Virus record (IMG/VR): IMGVR_UViG_3300046167_000924
Coordinates: 120,079 to 184,078 of that record
Length of the DNA stretch: 64,000 nt
Origin: a virus
Strand: one strand, 5' to 3'
This document shows positions 19,501 to 29,284 of the stretch, one piece after another. Position 1 is the stretch's first letter. Every line of letters starts with the position of its first letter. The notes below the pieces were generated by a model that saw nothing but the letters and a program-made list of their open reading frames with translations, did no database searches and had not been told where the DNA came from. Position numbers and translations under genes: made by a program.

Positions 19501-21128
19501 GCTGCTTTTGAGAGATATAGTGAAGATCAGGACGCAGAAGCAAGCGCTATATTAACCCCTCAAATATACAAATTTGATGGAACCATAAACTCTGATTTTG
19601 CAATAACTAAAGAGGGGCCAAGGGGGCAAGCTTCCACAGTTTCGGATTTAAAATTAAAATTGTCTTTTGATTTAGATCTTGTAGATAATTTGTTTAAAAT
19701 ATTTAACCATTCTTTTGAAGATGGAGATAGGGTGCGTTTTGTTTCTGATGGTGTTCTTCCTGGAGGTTTAAATCCTAACCGAGTTGAAAAGTATGCATAT
19801 TATGTAATAGAAACAACTAAAAACACATTTAAGGTTTCTGAAGAACTAAATGGGCAACCTGTAAATGTCGTGGATATCGGCAAAGATATTTTAAATAATA
19901 TTGGAGGTGATCATTATCTATGTCCAGAAAGTGGTCAAAAGACAGCTGATGCTCTTGATCAAATTATGATTGGCTCCCCGTATTCAATAAAGGGGACTGT
20001 TGGAACGAAAAGTAAGAAGTCTTTATCCAATCAAGAAAGAAGTAATTTGGGTATAATTAGCTCTCCAGCTGCAGGCTGGTCTGTTTCTAACTATTTTGGT
20101 TATATATATTCTCAAGATCAAGTTGATTGGATAATGACTGTTAATATCGGATGGATATATGTTGGCGAAATAAAAGAGAGGCAACCTTCGTCAGATGATT
20201 TGTGGTTTTTTATTCCTGAGGTCGGTTGGGTGTGGACTACAGATAGCCCAGTAAATGACATCAAGAATGATTTTTGGTATATAGACTCTCACAAACAAAA
20301 TAATTCAACCGCAAGTGGCTGGGTAATTCCTTACTATGATAGCTCTAAGAGAGAAAATATTGTTCAATTTTTTGTTTATGATACTGATACATCCTATCAG
20401 GTTGGTCAGGATTATTTACTAGGGTCAACGTCTGACGGTGCTGGTAAAAAATACACAATCTCGGAAATTGGATTTAGCAATTCTGTTCGTATTGGTTATT
20501 TTTTAACTTTAACGAATAGATCTTCTACTGTAGAGACAAAGTCTATAAGCAACTCCACTCCTACTGGCAAAAATAGAAATGATAATCCCAACTATATTTC
20601 AGCTACGATATCTAGTGTTGTTACTCGAAATCCTCAAGAGTCAATTCAAAATCAAAATTCAATAGCAATCGAACTTCAAAACGGTCATGGCGGCGACCTT
20701 CGGAATAATCAAGAAATATTGATAGAAGCATTTTCTTCTGATTCTACAAATTTTAATAATGAAATAAATAAAAAATGGCGTATTATAATAATAAATGAAA
20801 ATGTTTTTGAATTGATTAATTCTGGTCAAGCATATACTCATTTTCTTCTATATCTAATATAACAAATAATGGTGAAATTAATTTTATTCGAGATGCAAAG
20901 TCTATAGTAGAAAGAAGTTTAGAAGGTCAATTATTTAGAACGATGTCGGTAAAAGAAGTACAAGATAATGAATACGAAGTTGTTGGGTTAGAATACAACG
21001 CTTCTAAATTTGCTGCTGTAGATAAAAAAGGGGTTGTTAGGAAACCAACCCTTCCTATTCCTCCTCAAGCTGATATGGCTATACCTGAAGCGCCAGACGG
21101 TTTACAATTAATCGATTTAACGAACTAA
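16513..21128 (+). CDS. gpI-gpJ fusion (tail tip / host-specificity protein J), with a frameshift near 20840
   Basis: N-terminal gpI-like 'MKTVYLHGKLGKRFG..SVQEAFSALEAN', then gpJ motifs (LLSEGPIEG; WTDNPAWIFYDLL..RYG; KVAKYCDELV; GITSESQARRLAKW). The conserved J segment 'VKEVQDNEYEVVGLEYNASKFAAVD' lies in the -1 frame (ORF 20943-21128), which is open from 20820. Confidence 0.88.
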
Positions 21129-21132
21129 TATT

Positions 21133-24100
21133 ATGTTGTCGACTGCTATAGGTATAGAATTTAACGTCAATGATCTAGACGCTAATTACGAAATAATTGG
21201 AACTTCTGACAATTATTCATTTCAATACAAGCTTGGTCGCGGTAGTTCTTTAGTGGATGACGAAGGAGATCTCGCGCAGAAAACAATATCATTAAAGGGT
21301 AATTATGGCGAATTTAATGTAAAAGTTTTTGCGGTTAGCGATATTGGAATTAGATCTGCATTTATTGAAGATACAATCAGTGTTAGCGCGCCAGATTTTA
21401 GTGACACGTTTTCATTTTCTGATATAAGAATATCTAAGCTTGGTCAACAAGTAAATATCGAACCAGAAGTAATTCAATCGCCCGATCAAAATAATAATAA
21501 ATTAATTGTTTTTTCTGAGTATGTAGATAGATCTGCGAATATAGAATGGAGCTTGACCCCTCCTCTTGGGCACGCGAAAGAAGGTCGACCATTATCTACT
21601 GAATTATTGAGTGATGCATTTTTTGATCATTTCAAAATAAGAATATTTAATACAGAAAATTCTATTGAGTTTACAGATTCTGAATTGAGTAATTCATCTG
21701 CACTGTCGAATGTTTTATTGAGTCCGGATGTTACTGGCTCACTTGAGTCTTATAGAGATTTTTCATTAAACTTAAATTCTTCTGTTTTTAATGATTTGAA
21801 TTTTGATAGAAATATATCTGTAGAAGTTGTTTCGCACGATTCTTTTGGTAATACTGCGACTGGATTAATTAGTGGTATTAATTATTCTCCATCTGTGTTA
21901 AATTTAAGTGCTGCACTTAGAGGTTCTGATATATCGTTTTCTTGGATTCAAAATGATAGAGATTACAATTCAACTAGAATAAATGCTCTATCTATTCCTA
22001 AAGATCAACCTTTATATAATAGCGGCGATTTACAGGCGAGTTTAACTTACTATGAGGGTTTAGCTTCTGCTTCTAGGTGGGATGGCATAAGCAATTACAG
22101 GGTTGGAGATAAGGTTAACTATCAAGGCGTTGTATATGAATGTAAAGTTGGTCATAACGCAAACACTTCTCGCATACCCCAAGAGTCTTATTGGTGGAAA
22201 ACTCTTGAACCTGTTGTTGATTACTCTCATAATGAATACCAAGTTATAGAACAAGCTTTAGAGCTTCGTCAAATATGGGGTTATAAATATTATTATACTT
22301 TTCAATCTGTTGACGGTTTTGGCACTGGTCAACTTTTTAACTTAACTGATGAAGGAATATCTCCAAAAGGTTCTGACTTTGATACTTTAGATCCATTTCT
22401 TTCTGAATTAAAAATTGGTAATTTAAGATTTAGAGAAAGAGAAGATGATTTAGTATTTAATTGGGATATTGTTGATCAAGAAGGTAATACTGTTAATTTG
22501 GATGAATATAAATTTGCTTTATCGAATAGTGATATTCCTTCTGTTTTAGGTATTAGTGGCTCTTTGTTTGATGCTGATACTAATTTATTTTTGACAGGAA
22601 TAACAGAGGGTAGTAATTCTAGATCAACGTTTATAGATGAAGATGGGCAGATAGGTATTGCGACAGAGCTTCCAAATACAGAAGTTTTTAACAGTTTTGA
22701 GTATACTAGACAATTAAACAACGAAATTTATGGAACTGGAGGTTTTATTTTTACTGCCTATCCATTTGATAAGGATTTAACTTACGGACCAAATGATGTA
22801 GTTATCGGAGATGATGGGCAACTGTATATTCCAGCCAGAGTTCCTCCAACTTACACAACGAATAAACCTACAGATTTTGATTCTTACGGTGTGCCTGGAA
22901 CTTTTACCTTTGATAATGGGTTTTATTATTTATGCGTAGACAATAATACATGGCTAAGAAAAGCTTTAACTGTAGTTACTAGAGTATCTTCAAATGCTGG
23001 AGATGTTTATAGCGACGATAATTTCCACTATATATGTATGGGTGGAACTTCTTGGGGTAAATTTCCTCTCGCTGAATTTGATAGATCTAAAGAGTCTTTT
23101 CCACAGGGGTTTCTTGGGCAAGTTTATTACGATCAAGAATATTTTAATGTTTATACCTCGCAAGGTTGGAAGAGTTCTGCTTTCGCAAATTGGGGTGGCT
23201 ATTCGAGTTCAATAATTATCAATGAATATGAAAGAACTAGACCTACTTATCCACTGTGGTTTGCTGGAGATAATTATGAGGTTGATGATGTTGTGGAGTA
23301 CGATGGGCAGCTGCATAAAGTCGATGAAGCTTTTGGGCCTCAAAGCACTCTTGGTGTTTTTGATTATAATGTATCATACCCTTCTGGCGTACTTATTGTC
23401 GCCCCTGAAGATGGAACCGTGCAACCTTTTGAGGTTTATAGCTCTTTTGTTCCTGGCGATAAGGTAATATATAAAAAATCGATATACGAATCATTGACGT
23501 ATCAATCTGAGTCGGAAATAGTGAAACCTGATTCGGATATTGATCAATGGAGACTTCTTTCTTTATTTAATGATATTGATTGTGCTATATTTAAATCTAC
23601 TACTGAATTTCCTGTTATATATTCAAATGATTTTGAGTTTCCTACTGATGGAAATATAAACTACCAGTCTGAAATTCCTACTTCAATTATAAATGCTGGT
23701 GATGCTGGTCAATTTGCATTGAGTGAAGGTTATTTGTATTTATGTATATATCAAAATAATTGGATTAGAGCAGCGATAACAATAGAAGAAAAAAGCGCAG
23801 GATCTGTTGGGGATAGAGATTATGATGATAATTTTTATTACTTTTGCCTCGGTGGAACATCTTGGGGTAAGATAGCTTTAGCGGCTTCAACAAAATCTGA
23901 TGCGGGTAGCGTGGGGGACATTTACTATGATTCGGATTTCTTTTATGTTTTAACAAGTTCTGGCTGGAAGAGGTTTACAATGCAGCGGTGGGCTTTTCTT
24001 CAGGTCGCCGTGTTGGATAGTTCTCACTGGGAGAAACAAAATCCTGAAATATCTGATAAGTTTAGCTTGTTGGTTCCGAGATTTCCTTACGAAGTTGACG

Positions 24101-27100
24101 ACTGGTTAGCTACTGAGGATTATTTTTCTGGGCAATTGGCTGTTTACGATAATACTATTTGGAGTGGTATTGTAGATAATGGACCAAACTTTTCAGACGG
24201 ATACAAAATACCTAGTAGCTCTTCTGTATATTGGTCTGCGCCAAATATATCAACAAGTTTTGCTCCTGGAGATAGGGTTTATTATGACGGACAAATATAC
24301 AAATCTTTACAAAGTAATCCAACTGGTGCTCCAATATTTCCGTCTAATTCAAAAGATTATTCTAATGAATCAACTTATCAACAATCTCAGTGGGCGCCGT
24401 TTTGGGAACTGAATCAAGCTTATGATGGCTTAGTTTTTAATCATATAGGTATACCCGAAAGCGGAAAGAGGAGTGTCGGTTTAGAGGTTGGTATAATTAA
24501 TAACGAAGGAGATATACTTCAGTTAGATAGAATTACAGGATTTAATCCTGAGCCAAGTATCATTCCTCAAGGATTTCAAGCTGATAGTGTTAGTGAATCT
24601 ACTAAAGTTAAATTTAATTTTAATTATTCTTTCGGATCTCAGGAGAAGACCTCAAAAGTTCAATTATATAGATCTGAAAATCCTAATTTTAGCATTTTAG
24701 ATTCCCAAGGTCTCCCTGGAGCTGGGGCTTCAACATTCGTGAAGGAAGTTTTAGGGGCGGGAGATGCAACGTTTGGTCAGAATATAACTCAAATAGTTGA
24801 TGAACCTCCAATTCCGTCTATTCCTGGATACGGCGAACAAATTACAGGTTACTATTATAAAATACTTCCGTTTGATGATTTTGGATCTGGAGATTTATAT
24901 GGAGTAACTAATAACCAAGGCGGACTTGAGAGAGTTTTGGTTTACCCAAAAAGCTTTAGCTCTCAGAACCCTAATGCTGTACCTGGAAGAGTATTTAGGA
25001 CTAATCAAAATGATATTCCTGGGCCAGTTATCAATTTGACAGGAAGAACCGCTTTTGAGAATTTCTTTTTTAATTGGGAAATGCCAAATAGCAACCTCGG
25101 TATTGTTGGTAATATTCCTAATGATATTAGTCATTACGAAGTTTGGCAGTCAGAAGATCCAACTTTATATTTCGGAGCTTTAAATAAAAGATTAAACCAA
25201 CAAGACAATTCAAAGGGCTACCGAAGAATCGAAGCTGATATTGAAAGTACTGGTCCGATACCAATAGAACAGCAAGATCCAGCGTTAGGAATATCTAATG
25301 CAACTAAAATATTTGATATAGACGCTCTATCTCCATTGGTTTCTGCTTCTCATTTTGGGGTAACTAATGATACAAGATATTTTTGGGTCAGAGCAGTTGA
25401 TCACGCTGGAAATAAAAGTCCATTTACTGGATCTGCAAATCTACAAAGTAATAATATAGAGGGATTGCAATTAATATTGGGTCAAGCTAAGACTACTGAT
25501 ATAGCAGATTTTGAGCAGAATATATCTAATACATTTCATAATATTGTTTCTCTTGTTCCTAATAATCCATTTGTTGATAATGATCCTGATTCCTCTTCGA
25601 TTAGATGGGATAGGCATTTTGTATATCACAAGGGAATCGGTTATGTTATTGGTGGAGATTCATCTTCTGATAAATTTGTTTGGTGGCAACCTACTGGTAG
25701 TGTTGCAATAACTCCAACTCAAAGTGGTGAGTTAGGTTTAGTTGGGCCTGGTGGCGGGCCTTTAGATTCGTCTATAACAAACCCGCTAAGAAATGTATTG
25801 TATAGCGGAAACTATAACACATTAAATTATCACCCTGCAGGTGGAGATGAAAATGATCCAATATTAGACTTTAATGATGGTGATTTTATTATAGCCAGAA
25901 ATAGTCAAGGCGTTGCTACTCCTGTTTGGCACTCTTTTGCTAATGCAACTATTGGTACTGCGCAAATAGAAAATGCAGCAATTGTAGACGCTAAGATAAA
26001 AACTTTAACCGCTGATAAAATAACAGCTGGAGTTATACAAGGCCAAGATGTTCAGGTCGGAGGAACTGGTCAAATAAGAAGCGCTGGCTTTGATGGTCTA
26101 GATTTAAATAGCGCAAATCCACAACAAGGTTTTGCATTAAGTGGGGATGGATCTTTTGTATTTCAAACTGAGAATGGCAAATTATACTTCGATAATGATC
26201 AATTAGTTTTAGAAGGTAAGCTGAGGCAATCAGATGGCTCTGAGAATACATTTATATCAATGCGTGCAGAGCCAGATGTATTTATGTATGAAGAAAGAGA
26301 GGACGGAGCTTTTGTTCCTTCTTTATCTATAACTCCTCAGGAATGTAATATTATAGCTTCTTTTACTAATAGTGATGTATCTGGAAGTGATGTTCGATTT
26401 AAATTGTTGACAGATGCGGGTGATGAAATTTTTGGTTACGACGACCAAAATGCCTACAGCGACTATGGTTTTAGCTATAATCCAAGTAGCGATTTTGATT
26501 CTTCTACATCAACTGCAACTGCAACATTAAATCTTGGTGATAGAAAAGATGTTAATGATCCAGGATTTGATTTTATTGTTCACGATGGAAATGACGACAC
26601 TTTAGATTTTGGATCTGTAATTGTTTTTGCATCTGGAATTGGAGCTTCAACTGAACAGGCAGTTACTATAAGTATGCAGACCCAGGGATCAATGGGTAAA
26701 AGTCCAGTTTATAGGGGAATTTGGAATGCAAGTGACTCATATATTGGTATAAATTCTCCTGCTGCCGATGCAAGTTTCTTGAGGGGTGATGTTGTACATC
26801 ATAATGGAACTTATTATATTGCTAAGGTAACTAATCAAGGCCCGGCAAATGAGCCACCCAATGATACTGTTTGGGATACATTTGGCGCACAATTTGAAAG
26901 TGTTGCAACTAAATTATTATTAGCTGAAGACGCTATTATTAGTCGCAAATTAACTTTAGGGTCAGCAACCGATGATTCTAATAACCCTGATCCAGGATCA
27001 AATGGTATTATACATACAGTAAATAAAACTGGCATTTCTGATACTACTCCAGGATTTTATTTATCTAGCGATTCAAATAATTTCTTTGGGGTTGGAGATG

Positions 27101-28575
27101 CAAGTCAGTTTATTAGATTTAAGAATTCAGGTTTAAGCATAAACGCTCAGAATTTTACTTTCGGGGGAACTACTTCAAATATTACAGACAGCACTTTTAA
27201 TCTTGGAAACTCAAGTTCATATTTAAAAAATAACGGAACAAAGGTTGAAATTCAAACTGATTTATTTTATTTAGGTGATGGAGACTCATATTTTAAGTTT
27301 GATGTAACTGAAAGAAGAATAGAGATAAATACATCTTTTATTAATAACTCTTCAAGTCAAACAATAAATATATCAGATATTCAAGTTGGCGCCGATCCGT
27401 TAGCTATATTTATAGGTGGGGGATATAATAATAGTATTTCATATACTAAAACCGTGGGATCTTTTAATAGCCTGGCTTCTTCTATAGTAGGCGGGGCTAA
27501 TAATACTATCGAGGGAAGATTTTCTTTTATAGGAAATGGTTTTGATAATGATTGTAGGGATAATTTTTCAGCCATAGTCGGAGGATACAATAATGATATG
27601 CCGAAGGTTAGCGATCTAAATCAAGGAGCAAATATCATTGGAGCAGGGCAACATAATAAAATAAACGGTGGATCAGAGCAAGCTGTAGTTGGAGGAGGGT
27701 ATAATGAAATATCCAACAATAACACCTATCCTGTTTTGAATTTATTTCCTCATTACGGTAATAAAGATTCCTTTATGTATAATGTGTTTGGGGCTAGGCC
27801 TTTAAATAATTTTTCAAATTGGTACTCTAATTGGATTGGGATATTTTTTATAAGTACTGGTTCAATCAATTTACCTAATGGGCCTGACGATTTCGAGGGA
27901 ATTTGGGCATCGTCTTCTACTTATCAAAATAATGACTCAGTTCTTTATAATAAAGCTTTTTATAAAGCGAAAAAAAAGATGACATACCTAAATTCCTTGT
28001 GGAGCTCGAGTACATCATACAATGTAGGTGATGTAGTTTCTTATGATGGGTCTACATACATTGCTCAAAATAATAGTACTAATGAAGTTCCTGACGATCC
28101 TAATCCCCCAGCCCAATATTGGGTTCTCGTTTACTCTAATAAAGTGGGTACAAACATAGAACCAGAAGTTCCTTTCGCGGGAACTAATCCTAATCCATCA
28201 TGGCAAGACTATTGGGAAAAGCATGAACCATCAAGTAATTATATTTTTTCAGGGTACGAAACATTTATTTTCTACTTTAATAGATTTGGTTCTCAGTCAA
28301 GCGATTGGACTTATATTTTAGGCGCCTCATATTGGGATCAAGGAGCTACAAAAGAAGGTTGGTTTTACACTGCAGTAAGCGGGTTCACTTCTATTGGTAA
28401 TAAAGGTAAATTTAGGTGGATGTGGGCTTCTGAATTAACTCTTCAGGACAATATGGTTTATATAAGCAAATATGATGGCACTAATGATAGTTGGGCCCAT
28501 GTTTATGATGACACAACTGGGGTAAACGCTGGCAAAATATACGTGTATCACAACAGTACTAATTATACTTTTTAA
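21133..28575 (+). CDS. Giant mosaic tail fibre / central fibre protein
   Basis: 2480 aa: FN3-like segments, about 9 CBM5/12-like 'W...Y..GD.V.Y.G..Y' repeats, six 'G..G...YD..Y.Y.C....W' repeats, 'TLTADKITAG' J C-terminal-like motif, 'GG..N' beta-roll repeats and a Trp-rich C-terminus. Confidence 0.8.
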   Translation: MLSTAIGIEFNVNDLDANYEIIGTSDNYSFQYKLGRGSSLVDDEGDLAQKTISLKGNYGEFNVKVFAVSDIGIRSAFIEDTISVSAPDFSDTFSFSDIRISKLGQQVNIEPEVIQSPDQNNNKLIVFSEYVDRSANIEWSLTPPLGHAKEGRPLSTELLSDAFFDHFKIRIFNTENSIEFTDSELSNSSALSNVLLSPDVTGSLESYRDFSLNLNSSVFNDLNFDRNISVEVVSHDSFGNTATGLISGINYSPSVLNLSAALRGSDISFSWIQNDRDYNSTRINALSIPKDQPLYNSGDLQASLTYYEGLASASRWDGISNYRVGDKVNYQGVVYECKVGHNANTSRIPQESYWWKTLEPVVDYSHNEYQVIEQALELRQIWGYKYYYTFQSVDGFGTGQLFNLTDEGISPKGSDFDTLDPFLSELKIGNLRFREREDDLVFNWDIVDQEGNTVNLDEYKFALSNSDIPSVLGISGSLFDADTNLFLTGITEGSNSRSTFIDEDGQIGIATELPNTEVFNSFEYTRQLNNEIYGTGGFIFTAYPFDKDLTYGPNDVVIGDDGQLYIPARVPPTYTTNKPTDFDSYGVPGTFTFDNGFYYLCVDNNTWLRKALTVVTRVSSNAGDVYSDDNFHYICMGGTSWGKFPLAEFDRSKESFPQGFLGQVYYDQEYFNVYTSQGWKSSAFANWGGYSSSIIINEYERTRPTYPLWFAGDNYEVDDVVEYDGQLHKVDEAFGPQSTLGVFDYNVSYPSGVLIVAPEDGTVQPFEVYSSFVPGDKVIYKKSIYESLTYQSESEIVKPDSDIDQWRLLSLFNDIDCAIFKSTTEFPVIYSNDFEFPTDGNINYQSEIPTSIINAGDAGQFALSEGYLYLCIYQNNWIRAAITIEEKSAGSVGDRDYDDNFYYFCLGGTSWGKIALAASTKSDAGSVGDIYYDSDFFYVLTSSGWKRFTMQRWAFLQVAVLDSSHWEKQNPEISDKFSLLVPRFPYEVDDWLATEDYFSGQLAVYDNTIWSGIVDNGPNFSDGYKIPSSSSVYWSAPNISTSFAPGDRVYYDGQIYKSLQSNPTGAPIFPSNSKDYSNESTYQQSQWAPFWELNQAYDGLVFNHIGIPESGKRSVGLEVGIINNEGDILQLDRITGFNPEPSIIPQGFQADSVSESTKVKFNFNYSFGSQEKTSKVQLYRSENPNFSILDSQGLPGAGASTFVKEVLGAGDATFGQNITQIVDEPPIPSIPGYGEQITGYYYKILPFDDFGSGDLYGVTNNQGGLERVLVYPKSFSSQNPNAVPGRVFRTNQNDIPGPVINLTGRTAFENFFFNWEMPNSNLGIVGNIPNDISHYEVWQSEDPTLYFGALNKRLNQQDNSKGYRRIEADIESTGPIPIEQQDPALGISNATKIFDIDALSPLVSASHFGVTNDTRYFWVRAVDHAGNKSPFTGSANLQSNNIEGLQLILGQAKTTDIADFEQNISNTFHNIVSLVPNNPFVDNDPDSSSIRWDRHFVYHKGIGYVIGGDSSSDKFVWWQPTGSVAITPTQSGELGLVGPGGGPLDSSITNPLRNVLYSGNYNTLNYHPAGGDENDPILDFNDGDFIIARNSQGVATPVWHSFANATIGTAQIENAAIVDAKIKTLTADKITAGVIQGQDVQVGGTGQIRSAGFDGLDLNSANPQQGFALSGDGSFVFQTENGKLYFDNDQLVLEGKLRQSDGSENTFISMRAEPDVFMYEEREDGAFVPSLSITPQECNIIASFTNSDVSGSDVRFKLLTDAGDEIFGYDDQNAYSDYGFSYNPSSDFDSSTSTATATLNLGDRKDVNDPGFDFIVHDGNDDTLDFGSVIVFASGIGASTEQAVTISMQTQGSMGKSPVYRGIWNASDSYIGINSPAADASFLRGDVVHHNGTYYIAKVTNQGPANEPPNDTVWDTFGAQFESVATKLLLAEDAIISRKLTLGSATDDSNNPDPGSNGIIHTVNKTGISDTTPGFYLSSDSNNFFGVGDASQFIRFKNSGLSINAQNFTFGGTTSNITDSTFNLGNSSSYLKNNGTKVEIQTDLFYLGDGDSYFKFDVTERRIEINTSFINNSSSQTINISDIQVGADPLAIFIGGGYNNSISYTKTVGSFNSLASSIVGGANNTIEGRFSFIGNGFDNDCRDNFSAIVGGYNNDMPKVSDLNQGANIIGAGQHNKINGGSEQAVVGGGYNEISNNNTYPVLNLFPHYGNKDSFMYNVFGARPLNNFSNWYSNWIGIFFISTGSINLPNGPDDFEGIWASSSTYQNNDSVLYNKAFYKAKKKMTYLNSLWSSSTSYNVGDVVSYDGSTYIAQNNSTNEVPDDPNPPAQYWVLVYSNKVGTNIEPEVPFAGTNPNPSWQDYWEKHEPSSNYIFSGYETFIFYFNRFGSQSSDWTYILGASYWDQGATKEGWFYTAVSGFTSIGNKGKFRWMWASELTLQDNMVYISKYDGTNDSWAHVYDDTTGVNAGKIYVYHNSTNYTF

Positions 28576-28588
28576 TTTTTTTAATATT

Positions 28589-29284
28589 ATGTCAACTCCT
28601 CCAAATACACCACCAATTAACCCCCCGGAAACTGAACCTACTCCGACTCAGCCACCTCAAGATTTTGGAAATATTGAATTTAATGCAACAAATTTAATTG
28701 GACAGGGAGCTACTAATCAAATAATTAATTCTAGAAGGTCTTCAATATTAAACGGAACATTAAATACTATCGACGGTCTTTATAATACGCATATTATTGG
28801 AGATTTTGTTACCGCACAAGAAGATAATAAATTTTACGTAGGCTGCCCAAATGGTATGTGGGTTGGTGGTAGGGTATCTGCCACTTCTTATAGCTCGATA
28901 TATTGCGATTCAAATATATTTGCAGAAGGAAGTATTGCTGCAGATGGAGATATTACTGCCGCTAACCTCTCTGATAAAAGACTAAAAGATAATATTTCCT
29001 TAATAGATAACCCATTATCTAAGATAATGTCTCTAGATGCAATTGAATTTAATTGGAACGATAAACAATCAACTCATCAAGGTCACGATATCGGATTAAT
29101 CGCCCAGCAAGTTGAAAAAATTGCACCAGAAATAGTTAAAGAGAGAAGTAATGGGTATAAAGCTCTTAAATACGAAAAAGTAATTCCTTTGTTAGTTGGC
29201 GCAATCCAAGAGCAAGAAGAAAAAATACAAATACTAAATGAACGCGTAGAATACCTATTAGAGAAGATCAACTCTATGAGTTGA
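28589..29284 (+). CDS. Small protein with peptidase S74 (endosialidase chaperone) domain
   Basis: 'LSDKRLKDNI..I...LSKIMSL..IEFNW......GLIAQQVEKIAPEIV......YEKVIPLLVGAIQEQ'. Confidence 0.9.
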   Translation: MSTPPNTPPINPPETEPTPTQPPQDFGNIEFNATNLIGQGATNQIINSRRSSILNGTLNTIDGLYNTHIIGDFVTAQEDNKFYVGCPNGMWVGGRVSATSYSSIYCDSNIFAEGSIAADGDITAANLSDKRLKDNISLIDNPLSKIMSLDAIEFNWNDKQSTHQGHDIGLIAQQVEKIAPEIVKERSNGYKALKYEKVIPLLVGAIQEQEEKIQILNERVEYLLEKINSMS

